The notes under the pieces were generated by a model. That model searched no databases. It had not been told where the DNA came from and was given only the letters and a program-made list of their open reading frames with translations. This document shows positions 39,766-50,001 of a stretch of 64,000 nucleotides of DNA, piece by piece. Source of the DNA: Oscillospiraceae bacterium (lineage in GTDB: Bacteria > Bacillota > Clostridia > Oscillospirales > Ruminococcaceae); the NCBI GenBank assembly GCA_003512525.1, contig DOQG01000071.1, forward strand, positions 1,587 to 65,586, given 5' to 3'. Every line of letters begins with the position of its first letter. Position 1 is the first letter of the stretch. The position numbers and the translations under genes were made by a program.

Positions 39766-42700
39766 ATGAATTTTAAGCAGTTGCGTGAACAGCAGCCGCA
39801 ATTTTCTGTTACCGTAAAGACGGGCGAGGGAGTTGTAGAGCTGATATGGGACAATATAAAATATGCGGATGGATATCGCGTGTTTTCATCACCGCTTGGG
39901 AAAAATCACTTTACCGGTGTGATGAATGTAAAGGATTCAAGAGCGGTGATAAAGAAACGCACAAACGGTCTGCCGCTTAAGTATAAGGTCAAGGCGTACA
40001 GAATTGCGGACGGACCGGATAATTTTTTCGGAGAGTCGGAGATAGTTGCGGCGTGTCCTCTTGAAACGCCCCGAAAGCTGACGGCGATTATAGGCGCAGA
40101 CGGTGTATGCACTTTGTCTTGGCGTTATAATTCACAGTGCGATGGCTATAAGATATATGCCGACGCAAACGAAAGCGGAAAGTATACATTTGTTTGTTAT
40201 AGCAAAAATACGTCCTGCAAACTCGAAAACTATACAAAGAGCGGTAAGGTTTCGTTTACGGTACGCAGTTTTGTGATGGTTGAGCATGAGGAAAAACTCA
40301 GCGTTTCCTGTGCACCTGCTGTGGCTGTCATTCCGAAAGCAAAGGGCGCAAAAGCACCTCAGCCTGTCCACTCGGGCGTAAAAAAAAGTGCGGGTGTTTA
40401 CAAAAACAGGCGCTTTTCGGGCAGTGACGGAAGGCTATGTAACGACCATCATAAATGCACGATAATGATCGGCGGAGATATAACGGTTGCGGCGCAGATG
40501 CAGAAGAATGCAGCATTGGGTATGCCTGTCTTTGATGAGGCTTTTTCATCACTGGGCGGAATATTCGGTTCGTTTGATTTTTCGGTCGCCACGCTTGATA
40601 CAGATCTTAACGATAAAAAAGCATACGCATTTGAAGACAGCAGGAGTATAAATTGCCCGTCTTCTGTTGCCGATGCTGTGTGCAAAAGCGGGATCGATGC
40701 GCTTGCAGTCAATGCAGGACTTCTTCAGCGTGCACCTCAGTCGCTTGAAAAGTATCCGTTGACGGTTATAAGCGAAAGTGACTGTATGCTAGGCGGAGTT
40801 AAGTATTCCGTTGTTGATATCAATAATATCAGTGTCGGTTTTGTTTCGGCTACTGTAAATAAGGATATATCCCAGTATGTATCAAAGCTCAGGAAAAGCG
40901 GAGCGGAATACATATTTCTTTTTTGCTCGTGGAATGAACGGCATACACCTGTTGTAAAACCCAAATGGCGCAATGCGGCAAAAAAAGCGGCAGAAAGCGG
41001 TGTTGATTTTATTGTCGGAAACGGACTGAATGCAATTGCGGAGTATGATGTTATAGAATGCACCGATGGCAGAAAAGTTCCTGTTGCGTATTCTCTAGGC
41101 TCGCTTATACCTGCTGATTATGCAACAAGATTTGAAACAATAGGCGCTTTGCTTTGCGTCAGGCTGAAGAGAGATGTTGCAAGCGGCGGCGTTTTTACCG
41201 ACTTTGTCGGATATATCCCATATGCATTCAAGGACTATGGAGCAGAGCATCGCGCAGTGCTTTTGACAGACGATAATGTGCACTATTTTGGGTTGTCCGA
41301 ATATGATTCGTTCAGAAAGCAGATAGTAAATGCCCTCGGCGGTAAGATAGATCTTGCGCGTTATGCGGTGAAGACCGAGCAGCAGTCATTCGCACTTTTG
41401 GGCTCTGCACTTATATCGGAGCTTTTCAAGGGTGACGAAGATGTTGAAACCGACCGTTCCCATCTGTTCATATCACAGCTTACTATGTATGGAACGCATT
41501 GTGACGTTGATGAAAAATACTTCCGTGACGGTGTAGTACCGCTGTATTACAACCTTTCAAAAGGATATGACGAGTATCTTTCGGATAACAGGTCGGACTG
41601 CATAATAATGGATCTTTATTATGCGGCGGCAACACCTGTATATCAGCTTGACGGAGTGCTTTACTCGGGAGGCAAGGCATTTATCCGGTCACGCTTTTAT
41701 GAGGAAAACAAAAAGAAGCTCAAAAAGCTTGATATAAAAGATGAAGCCGTATGGAAACCGCTTCTGGATAAGTTTATTGACAGTATAACCGCTGTTTATT
41801 CTTCAGACAAGATAATACTTGTCAGGGTGTCAGATCCTAAGCTTTACTATGTAAACGGCAGATATATACGTTCTTCCGACCGTTCATGCAACTTCAAGCT
41901 GCTGCTTGATATGGAGAACTATCTGATACGCCGTGTATCGCCTAAGATAATTGACATATCCCGTTATTATCCCGGAGTTATCAATAAGCGTGGCAGAAGC
42001 TATGCCGTGTGCCGCGACGAGTTGTTCCGCAACAATATTTCACTTGTTGCAAAAAAAATCGGTTCGGGCGAAAAGGGCAGTTACATAAACGCATTGTCAT
42101 ATGACTGTGAAATATGGCTTACGGAAATAGCAGAAAATATCGATGCTATAAAATCAAGCGGCTGTGATAAATTTTTCTTTGCGCATAATAATGCTGTCGA
42201 TTATTTCATAAGTCGCCTGAGCAGTGATTTTATCTGTGCGGAATTTAACGATATACTCAGACTCAAGGAAAGCAATTTTATAACGTTTGAAGAGATAAGA
42301 TTGCGATATGACTTTGGAAAAAACGTTACGCTTAAAAAAGTGTTTGAAGCAGTGTGCGCCATACGCAAAGGAAAAGTCGCTGACCCTGATATCGGTGAAG
42401 TTATAAGGCTCGGTCTTTATGCAAAAGACGATCTGGCGGATATGTTGGCGGCGTTTTTCCGTAAAAAAGGCATCATACCGGATTGCGTGCTTGATAAGTG
42501 CAGCATAGAGTTCTATCTCAAATGTGCAAGATTGTGGCTGACCGGTGCAGACAAGAGTGCTGTGGAGCAGCTTGTATCCGAATATTACAAAAAGAACAGA
42601 CCGTTTGCGTTTGATACGTTTGGCAGAACGGATAGCAAAACTTTACTTTCGCTGTGCGATAAAGCTGTTGTAAATAACTGTATCTGCGGCTTTTCCCCGC

Positions 42701-43443
42701 TTACGGTATGTGAACAGAAAGCCGATGTAGATCTCAGCTTTGTTGACAGTACATCTGATGTGTTCAGAGAACTTACACGTTCATATTTCCCGGACAAGAA
42801 TTCAGATTGGCTGATCGTTGATTTTTCCGATGCGGAAAAAGAACTTTACAGTCACAATAATACATATATTGCGGCGATTGACGGCTTATATGATACAATG
42901 GTGTACAGAGCGTTTATGATCGATGACGAGAGTTTCGCTCCGTATGCCGACGATTTTGACAAGGAATATATTAAAAATGCCGTAAAAGGCTTTGGTAAAG
43001 CGGTAACCGAAAGATATGGCAGCAAGATTATCCTTAGAAAGACGCGCCTTTCGCTTAACCGTCTTGATATGACGGGACGAATAAGACCGTTTGAGGATAC
43101 AGAGTATATTGAAGAAAAGAACCGTCTTACTGCGTATTGCGAAGAGTTATTCATAAAGTATACCGACTGCTTTGTGATTGATTATGAAAGCAGCTATATG
43201 CCTGTTTGCGGCGATAAAAATGCCGATGTAGCTGAGCGTATGCTTGAGAGCGATTTTTATAAAGAAGCATCAAAGGCTGTTGACAAAATACTTTCCGGTG
43301 ATAGCGAAAAGAAGCTTTGCAATGTCGATATTGTCGGTTATATTGAGCGCTGTGAGAGGATAAAGGCGGATAATCCCGATATGAGCGCCGAGCTTTCCCG
43401 GGAAATATTCGGCGGTGCGGCTAAGCTGTTTATGACAGAGTGA
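39766..43443 (+). CDS. large multidomain protein (1225 aa): N-terminal FN3-like repeats, central CapA/PGA_cap-like metallophosphatase-fold domain, about 700-aa uncharacterised C-terminal region
   Basis: Two about 90-aa repeats with DGY(R/K)(V/I)(F/Y) beta-sandwich signatures. TIMIGGDIT..GIDALAVN..FLFCSWNERH..GVDFIVGNG resembles the CapA family. No signal peptide. Confidence 0.5.
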   Translation: MNFKQLREQQPQFSVTVKTGEGVVELIWDNIKYADGYRVFSSPLGKNHFTGVMNVKDSRAVIKKRTNGLPLKYKVKAYRIADGPDNFFGESEIVAACPLETPRKLTAIIGADGVCTLSWRYNSQCDGYKIYADANESGKYTFVCYSKNTSCKLENYTKSGKVSFTVRSFVMVEHEEKLSVSCAPAVAVIPKAKGAKAPQPVHSGVKKSAGVYKNRRFSGSDGRLCNDHHKCTIMIGGDITVAAQMQKNAALGMPVFDEAFSSLGGIFGSFDFSVATLDTDLNDKKAYAFEDSRSINCPSSVADAVCKSGIDALAVNAGLLQRAPQSLEKYPLTVISESDCMLGGVKYSVVDINNISVGFVSATVNKDISQYVSKLRKSGAEYIFLFCSWNERHTPVVKPKWRNAAKKAAESGVDFIVGNGLNAIAEYDVIECTDGRKVPVAYSLGSLIPADYATRFETIGALLCVRLKRDVASGGVFTDFVGYIPYAFKDYGAEHRAVLLTDDNVHYFGLSEYDSFRKQIVNALGGKIDLARYAVKTEQQSFALLGSALISELFKGDEDVETDRSHLFISQLTMYGTHCDVDEKYFRDGVVPLYYNLSKGYDEYLSDNRSDCIIMDLYYAAATPVYQLDGVLYSGGKAFIRSRFYEENKKKLKKLDIKDEAVWKPLLDKFIDSITAVYSSDKIILVRVSDPKLYYVNGRYIRSSDRSCNFKLLLDMENYLIRRVSPKIIDISRYYPGVINKRGRSYAVCRDELFRNNISLVAKKIGSGEKGSYINALSYDCEIWLTEIAENIDAIKSSGCDKFFFAHNNAVDYFISRLSSDFICAEFNDILRLKESNFITFEEIRLRYDFGKNVTLKKVFEAVCAIRKGKVADPDIGEVIRLGLYAKDDLADMLAAFFRKKGIIPDCVLDKCSIEFYLKCARLWLTGADKSAVEQLVSEYYKKNRPFAFDTFGRTDSKTLLSLCDKAVVNNCICGFSPLTVCEQKADVDLSFVDSTSDVFRELTRSYFPDKNSDWLIVDFSDAEKELYSHNNTYIAAIDGLYDTMVYRAFMIDDESFAPYADDFDKEYIKNAVKGFGKAVTERYGSKIILRKTRLSLNRLDMTGRIRPFEDTEYIEEKNRLTAYCEELFIKYTDCFVIDYESSYMPVCGDKNADVAERMLESDFYKEASKAVDKILSGDSEKKLCNVDIVGYIERCERIKADNPDMSAELSREIFGGAAKLFMTE

Positions 43444-43455
43444 AAATTATATACT

Positions 43456-43487
43456 AAATGCCCCCAAGCTTTATGTTGGGGGCATTT
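43456..43487. terminator. bidirectional terminator between the 1225-aa gene and pfkA
   Basis: 11-bp stem aaatgccccca/tgggggcattt. Confidence 0.8.
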
Positions 43488-43600
43488 CTGCAATATGATT
43501 AAATCTGTTAAGCGATTATACAGAACTATGTTATCGCTTGATTTTGCTGTGTCGCAATCCTGACGATAACTGACACCATAAATAAGTGAAGGCGTTGCTT

Positions 43601-44686
43601 TTATTTGCCAAAGGATACACCGATGCTTTTACCGGTGATTACAAGCTCATCGTTTTCGGGGACGAATTTCGTCTTCATTGTAACATCAGACAGCTTATTT
43701 TCTGAGATTTTACTGCCGATTTTTGCGACCGTGTAGCCGTATTTTTCCTGCTTTATCAGCATTGCGGCTCTTGCGCCGAACTTTGTTGCAAGCACTCTGT
43801 CATAAGCGGAGGGAGAACCGCCTCTCAGGATATGACCCGGAACAACAGTTCTTGACTCAAAGCCTGTTGCGGCTTCAATCTGCTTTGCTATGCGGTTTGT
43901 AACGGTAACCTCTCCTGCTTCAGCACGTTTTTTTGCACGTTCCTTTTTCTTCATAGCGGCTTCCGAAATATCCATCGCGCCCTCTGCGACCGCAATTATC
44001 GAGAATGTCTTTCCGGACTGCGCACGTTTTTCGCAAGCGTCGATGACCTTATCAATATCATAAGGGATCTCCGGGATAAGAATAATATCCGCACCGCCTG
44101 CAATACCCGAATAAAGCGTCAGCCAGCCTGCCTTGTTGCCCATTATCTCGATTACCATAATACGTCTGTGGGAGGTGGCTGTGGTGTGTATTCTGTCAAC
44201 AACTTCGGTCGCTATATCTACTGCGGTATGGAAGCCGAATGTAACATCTGTTCCCCATATATCGTTATCAATGGTTTTGGGAAGTCCGATTATATTCAGA
44301 CCCTCTTCGGAAAGAAGATTTGCGGTCTTATGAGTTCCGTTGCCGCCGAGCGTCAGTATGCAGTCGAGCTTCTGCTGTTTATAGGTGGCTTTCATTTCAG
44401 CGACCTTGTCTATGTTATCCGCCTCTATTACCTGCATCATCTTATACGGTGTACGCTTTGTGCCGAGTATCGTTCCGCCTTGAGTGAGTATGCCGGAAAA
44501 ATCCTCCGGCTTCATTATGCGGCAGTTATTATGGATCAGACCGTGAAAACCGTTGGATATGCCGACTATCTCAACGTTGTCCTCGCCGAACATAGTGTAA
44601 CAGGCTTTCGCCGCACCTCTTATAGTAGCGTTGAGACCGGGGCAGTCGCCGCCGCTTGTCAGTATACCTATTCTGCGTTTTGCCAT
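43601..44686 (-). CDS. pfkA: 6-phosphofructokinase
   Basis: GILTSGGDCPGLNA, GGNGT, and the MVIEIMGNKAGWL region; start at MAKRRIG. Confidence 0.9.
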   Translation of the reverse strand: MAKRRIGILTSGGDCPGLNATIRGAAKACYTMFGEDNVEIVGISNGFHGLIHNNCRIMKPEDFSGILTQGGTILGTKRTPYKMMQVIEADNIDKVAEMKATYKQQKLDCILTLGGNGTHKTANLLSEEGLNIIGLPKTIDNDIWGTDVTFGFHTAVDIATEVVDRIHTTATSHRRIMVIEIMGNKAGWLTLYSGIAGGADIILIPEIPYDIDKVIDACEKRAQSGKTFSIIAVAEGAMDISEAAMKKKERAKKRAEAGEVTVTNRIAKQIEAATGFESRTVVPGHILRGGSPSAYDRVLATKFGARAAMLIKQEKYGYTVAKIGSKISENKLSDVTMKTKFVPENDELVITGKSIGVSFGK

Positions 44687-44808
44687 TTGTACATCCAACC
44701 TTTCCTGAAAGATTTGTCGTTTTCTGCTATTTCAATTATATCAGAAATACTCCAAAAGTCAAGAAAATATTATAGCTCGGATTATGCAGATTATACAATT
44801 TTTGTGTG

Positions 44809-46059
44809 TTATACGCCTGTATATATTCCTGCGAACAGCGGTAACATCGTTTCATTGTCAAGTATCATATACATGAACGGACGATTAAGAATTACCTGCT
44901 TTTCGGCAATTACACACCCCTCGTCAACCATTTCCACAAGAGCGGCGGCTCCTGCCTTTGTACCTTTTTCGTTTACCTCTATTTTCGTCTTGTGGATCAC
45001 TTCGCCGATGGATATATTGCCCATTGTCGATTTACCGATACCTGAAAAATCGGCGTTATTTTGGTCAAACGCAGTCGGCATACCGAGTGCCGAAAGGGCA
45101 TCGTTCAGCTTTGAGGAATATTCATAGCCAAATTTCGGAAGCTTTACCTCTACAATGCAGTCTTCGGCACTTCCGAGTATCTTGCTTAATTTTTCACCCG
45201 ATAACGATGTTATAAAACTTTTGATATCACCGCCAGGCAGTATTGCGGCAAAGCTGTACTTACCGTCCTTGTACTGCTTAATAAAGCCCTTGCAATCCTC
45301 ATCTTCCAGATAAATACTTTCATCTGAGCACAACATAGTGACTTTCATAAGCTTGTCTTCGGAGTTTGTGAATTTTCCGTCCGCTATATCATTTTCGCGA
45401 TAGATGATATCCCATTCCGCGTCAAAGCTGACAGCATTTACAAGATACATAATTGCTTCGTCCGGAATGCTGTCAAGTATATTGTTTATCATACCGTCGG
45501 TATTGTCGTTTACCCAACTGTTGATCTCTTTGCAAGTATCGTTGTCAAACGCACGCTTGTGTATCGCCGCACCGAAATAATCGGCGTTTGTCTGTAAAAA
45601 GTCCTTTTCAACGGTAAGTCTGTTTTCTTCATCTCTGAACCATATTGAATTTGCGTTTTTCAGCTTGAAGTCCTCGCCTGATGTAAGCGAGCCGCTGAAT
45701 GAGGAAAGATACTTGTTCAGCTTGTCAAGGGGTATTCCGCTCCCGAGTACCTTTTCCATTTCGTCTTTGGTCTGACCGTTTGCACCGTTCACAGTCATTG
45801 TGAGTGCGGTCGATACCGACAGGGGAGAGATAAGAGTGTTTGATTTGCCGTCAAAGCATTTCTTAAGCAGTTCGACAGAGAAATTGCCGTATGCGTTTTT
45901 GAAAGCATCGTCGGGTTTTACGGTTTCGTGGCTTGCGGCTTTAATGCCTGTCATAAGATCCGTTGTTTCGAGGGATTTTTCCGACTGACAAGCCGAGAGG
46001 GTGAGAGTTGACGTGATGAGTGAACCTGCGATTATTGCTGATAAAATTCTTCTTTTCAT
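44809..46059 (-). CDS. serpin-family lipoprotein (serine protease inhibitor), paralog 1
   Basis: Lipobox LSAC; serpin core; hinge GTKAGAAA followed by a reactive-centre loop and the C-terminal PF(M/L)(F/Y) motif NRPFMYMI. Confidence 0.85.
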   Translation of the reverse strand: MKRRILSAIIAGSLITSTLTLSACQSEKSLETTDLMTGIKAASHETVKPDDAFKNAYGNFSVELLKKCFDGKSNTLISPLSVSTALTMTVNGANGQTKDEMEKVLGSGIPLDKLNKYLSSFSGSLTSGEDFKLKNANSIWFRDEENRLTVEKDFLQTNADYFGAAIHKRAFDNDTCKEINSWVNDNTDGMINNILDSIPDEAIMYLVNAVSFDAEWDIIYRENDIADGKFTNSEDKLMKVTMLCSDESIYLEDEDCKGFIKQYKDGKYSFAAILPGGDIKSFITSLSGEKLSKILGSAEDCIVEVKLPKFGYEYSSKLNDALSALGMPTAFDQNNADFSGIGKSTMGNISIGEVIHKTKIEVNEKGTKAGAAALVEMVDEGCVIAEKQVILNRPFMYMILDNETMLPLFAGIYTGV

Positions 46060-46100
46060 ACTGTTCTCCTTTCGATAGACGGTTTATGCACCGTCATTTA

Positions 46101-47336
46101 TCATATACCTGTATACACGCCTGCAAACAGCGGTAACATTATTTCGTTGTCGATTATCATATACATGAACGGACGATTCAGGATTACCTGCTTATCGCCG
46201 TCCGGAGCGGCGGACATAACCACGCCTGTTGCGGCGACAGCCCTTGTACCTTCTTCGGTAACGGATATCTTCGTTTTGTGTAGTACATCACTGATGAGAA
46301 GTTTATCACCCGAAATACCCGAAAAATCAGCGCTGTCGGAAAAGGCTGTAGGCATACCGAGAGCTTTCAATGCTTCACTGAGTCCGGCGCTGTATTCATA
46401 CTCAAACTTCGGAATTTTAGCAACAACGTTTGTGGTTTCGGTATTCTGCAACATTTTGAAAAGCTTATCTCCGTTGAGTGAACCGACAAAATCCGATATA
46501 GAAACATTGCTGTCGGGTAGTATTGCGGCGAAACCGTATTTACCGCCCTTATACTTCTTGATAAAACCTGTGCAGTTATCGCCGTTTATGTATTCGCTTT
46601 CTTCGGAAATCAGCATTGTGACTGACTGCTCGTTGCCGTTAGCGTCTGTGAACGTTCCGTCTTCAACAAAGTTGTCAAAGTAGTAAGTTTCCCATACGGC
46701 ATTGAAAGCTGTTGCGTTGATAAGTGCAATATTTGAAAGCGCATCGCCGTTGTCAAGAAGCTTGTCGATCATACCGTCTGTATGTTCACTGACCCAATTG
46801 TTGATATCGTTCACAATCTCGCTGTTATATGCACGTTTGTATATTTCGGCGTGGTAAAAGTCGGCGTTGGTATGTAAAAACTCATTGTTCACATTGAAAT
46901 TGTTGTCTTTGATAAACCATATCGAATTTGCGTTTTTCAGCTTGAAACCCTCACCGGAAGTCAGCGAGCCGCCGAATGATGAAAGATATTTGTTCAGTTC
47001 GTCAATGGGCATTCCGCTCCCGAGTACCTTTTCCATTTCATCTTTGGTCTGACCGTTTGCACCATTTGCGGTCATTGTGAGTGCGGATGATACCGACAGG
47101 GGAGAGATAAGCGTGTTTGATTTGCCGTCAAAGCATTTCTTAAGCAGTTCGACAGAGAAATTGTCGTATGCGCTCTTAAAAGCATCGTCGGGTTTTACGG
47201 TTTCGTGGTTTGCGGCTTTGATGCCTGTCATAAGATCCGTTGTTTCGAGGGATTTTTCCGACTGACAAGCCGAGAGTGAGAGTGCTGATATGAGTATTGC
47301 GCTTGTTAATGTGAGGGATGTAAATTTTCGTTTCAT
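46101..47336 (-). CDS. serpin-family lipoprotein, paralog 2 (tandem duplicate with divergent reactive-centre loop)
   Basis: N-terminal 120 aa nearly identical to paralog 1. Hinge GTRAVAAT and a shorter, different RCL (GVVMSAAPDGDKQ). RBS AAAGGAG before the ATG at 47336. Confidence 0.85.
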   Translation of the reverse strand: MKRKFTSLTLTSAILISALSLSACQSEKSLETTDLMTGIKAANHETVKPDDAFKSAYDNFSVELLKKCFDGKSNTLISPLSVSSALTMTANGANGQTKDEMEKVLGSGMPIDELNKYLSSFGGSLTSGEGFKLKNANSIWFIKDNNFNVNNEFLHTNADFYHAEIYKRAYNSEIVNDINNWVSEHTDGMIDKLLDNGDALSNIALINATAFNAVWETYYFDNFVEDGTFTDANGNEQSVTMLISEESEYINGDNCTGFIKKYKGGKYGFAAILPDSNVSISDFVGSLNGDKLFKMLQNTETTNVVAKIPKFEYEYSAGLSEALKALGMPTAFSDSADFSGISGDKLLISDVLHKTKISVTEEGTRAVAATGVVMSAAPDGDKQVILNRPFMYMIIDNEIMLPLFAGVYTGI

Positions 47337-47576
47337 AAATAGCTCCTTTCGCAGTAAGAAAATCGTGTACTGTATTCGCATATAATACAATTCAAAGCGT
47401 CTGATTGTCCACGAAATAATTTATTTTCTGATTAAATTATATAATATTTTTCCTCAAAGTCAATAAAAGTTACAAGATTGTAACCATTTCGTCGGCATCA
47501 TGCAACCGCTTTTGCCGACCGCTGAGTTCAACGGGCGGCGATGGCGTTTTTAATGACGATATTTCGGTTTTTTCTA

Positions 47577-47606
47577 TTGACAAACGTAAGCCGGATAGAT
47601 TATAAT
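47577..47606 (+). promoter_or_regulatory. promoter of xylB (TTGACA-18-TATAAT)
   Basis: Hexamers read directly. Confidence 0.5.
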
Positions 47607-47675
47607 TATGTAAGGAGCGTGTAAGGTTTTACACGACAAAATTCTATGAAGTTTTGAAAAACAAGGAGAACAGAT

Positions 47676-49205
47676 ATGGCATACATACTCGGTGTCGATA
47701 TAGGAACGTCCGGTACAAAGACTGTACTTTTCAGCGAAGACGGTACACCCGTTGCATCGGCGCTTTACGATTATCCTCTTTACACTCCCTGCAACGGCTA
47801 TGCCGAGCAGGAGCCCGCAGACTGGTGGAATGCCTGCGTAAACGGTATACGTGACGTAGTTGCAAAGAGCGGAGTCCCCGCAGATGAGATAAAGGGCGTA
47901 GGTCTTTCGGGTCAGATGCACGGTCTTGTTATGCTGGACAAGGATAACAAGGTAATAAGAAAGAGTATTATCTGGTGCGACCAGCGTACAGGCAAGGAAG
48001 TGGTTGAGATAACCGAAAAGGTAGGTCATGACAGACTTATCGCTATCACAGCTAACCCCGCTATCACAGGCTTTACAGCCGCAAAGATCATGTGGGTAAA
48101 GAACAACGAGCCTGAAAATTACGAAAAGTGCCGTCACATTCTGCTCCCTAAGGACTATATAAGATTTATGCTGACGGGCGAGTTTGCTACCGAAGTTTCC
48201 GATGCATCGGGTATGCAGCTTCTTGATATTCCCGGCAGATGCTGGTCTGACGAGGTACTGACAAAGCTCGGTATCGACAAGTCGCTTCTTGCAAAGGTTT
48301 ACGAAAGCCCTGAGATAACAGGTACTGTTACAAAGGCGGTAGCACAGGCTACAGGCCTTAAGGAAGGTACTCCGGTAGTCGGCGGTGCAGGCGATAATGC
48401 GGCTGCAGCTGTCGGAACGGGTGTAGTAGAAGACGGTAAGGCTTTCACAACTATCGGTTCAAGCGGCGTTGTATTTGCGCATACTTCCGATATATCTATC
48501 GACCCCAAGGGCAGAGTACATACATTCTGCTGTGCTGTTCCCGGTTGCTGGCACGTTATGGGTGTTACTCAGTCCGCAGGTCTGTCACTCAAGTGGTTCA
48601 GGGATAACTTTGCATGGAGTGAGATGGAAACAGCCGCTTCTATGGGTGTTGACCCGTACTACCTTATGGACAAGGAAGCAGACAGTGTACCGATAGGCGC
48701 AAACAGACTGCTCTATATGCCTTATCTCAACGGTGAGAGAACACCTCACCTTGACCCCAACGTAAGAGGTGCATTCGTAGGACTGTCTACAATGCATAAG
48801 AAGAAGGATATGCTCAGAGCTGTTATGGAGGGTGTTTCCTATTCACTGCGTGACTGTGTTGAGGTTATGCGTGAGATGAATATCAACATTGATGATATGA
48901 TGGCTTGCGGCGGCGGCGGAACATCACCGCTGTGGCGGCAGATGCTTGCAGATCTTTATGCCTGCAACGTAAAGACTACAGCAAACAAGGAAGGTCCAGC
49001 ACTCGGCGTTGCACTTCTTGCGGCTGTAGGCGCAGGTATTTACAGCTCTGTGCCTGAGGCGTGCAAGGCGGTAATCAAGCCCGAAAAGATACAGGAGCCT
49101 ATAGCTGAAAACAGTGCCAAGTACGAAAAGGTATATGCGCTTTACAAGAAGCTGTATCCCGCTATGAAAGCAAACTTTGACGAGCTTGCTTCACTTGATG
49201 TTTAA
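47676..49205 (+). CDS. xylB: xylulokinase (FGGY carbohydrate kinase)
   Basis: ILGVDIGTSGTK N-terminal motif, FGGY family throughout; followed by a transaldolase-family gene. Confidence 0.8.
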   Translation: MAYILGVDIGTSGTKTVLFSEDGTPVASALYDYPLYTPCNGYAEQEPADWWNACVNGIRDVVAKSGVPADEIKGVGLSGQMHGLVMLDKDNKVIRKSIIWCDQRTGKEVVEITEKVGHDRLIAITANPAITGFTAAKIMWVKNNEPENYEKCRHILLPKDYIRFMLTGEFATEVSDASGMQLLDIPGRCWSDEVLTKLGIDKSLLAKVYESPEITGTVTKAVAQATGLKEGTPVVGGAGDNAAAAVGTGVVEDGKAFTTIGSSGVVFAHTSDISIDPKGRVHTFCCAVPGCWHVMGVTQSAGLSLKWFRDNFAWSEMETAASMGVDPYYLMDKEADSVPIGANRLLYMPYLNGERTPHLDPNVRGAFVGLSTMHKKKDMLRAVMEGVSYSLRDCVEVMREMNINIDDMMACGGGGTSPLWRQMLADLYACNVKTTANKEGPALGVALLAAVGAGIYSSVPEACKAVIKPEKIQEPIAENSAKYEKVYALYKKLYPAMKANFDELASLDV

Positions 49206-49298
49206 ATAATATATGTATGTGACGGAAAGCGGCTTTGTGTGTATGCCGTGTTCCGTATAAATATTATGTTTAGTCCGGTTTACCGGAAAGGAGTAGTT

Positions 49299-49952
49299 AT
49301 GAAACTTTTTATCGACACAGCGAACGTTGATGACATCAGACGTGCCAATGATATGGGCATTATCTGCGGCGTTACAACAAATCCCTCACTTATCGCAAAA
49401 GAGGGAAGAGATTTCAAGCAGGTAGTAAAGGAGATCACAGAGATTGTTGACGGACCTGTTTCCGCCGAAGTAATTTCGCTTGAAGCAGACAAGATGGTTG
49501 AGGAGGCTCTTCCTCTTGCCGCAATACACAAAAATATCGTTATAAAGCTCCCTATGTGCGAAGAGGGTCTTAAGGCTTGCAAGCAGCTCACTGCAAAGGG
49601 CATAAAGACAAACGTTACTCTCGTATTCTCAGCCGCTCAGGCGCTTCTCGCCGCAAGAGCAGGAGCTACATTTGTAAGCCCGTTCCTCGGCAGACTTGAC
49701 GATATAGGCATGGAAGGCATGAACCTTATCGAAGAGATCGTTGATATCTTCAACGCACAGGGTATTGAAACAGAGATCATAGCCGCATCTATCCGTAACC
49801 CCATGCATGTTACACAGGCGGCAAGACTCGGTTGTGATATCGCAACCGTTCCTATGAACGTTCTTCTCCAGATGCTTAAGCACCCCCTTACCGACAACGG
49901 TATAGACAGATTCCTTAAGGACTGGGAAGGTTTCACTTCTAAGCAGAAGTAA
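49299..49952 (+). CDS. fructose-6-phosphate aldolase / transaldolase-family protein
   Basis: 217 aa; [18 protein letters not shown] and the Schiff-base Lys region (IVIKLP). Confidence 0.85.
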   Translation: MKLFIDTANVDDIRRANDMGIICGVTTNPSLIAKEGRDFKQVVKEITEIVDGPVSAEVISLEADKMVEEALPLAAIHKNIVIKLPMCEEGLKACKQLTAKGIKTNVTLVFSAAQALLAARAGATFVSPFLGRLDDIGMEGMNLIEEIVDIFNAQGIETEIIAASIRNPMHVTQAARLGCDIATVPMNVLLQMLKHPLTDNGIDRFLKDWEGFTSKQK

Positions 49953-50001
49953 TCAGAGCCGCTCAAAAAGCGTGCTTAAAATAACCGAAAGGACAAATGA
50001 A

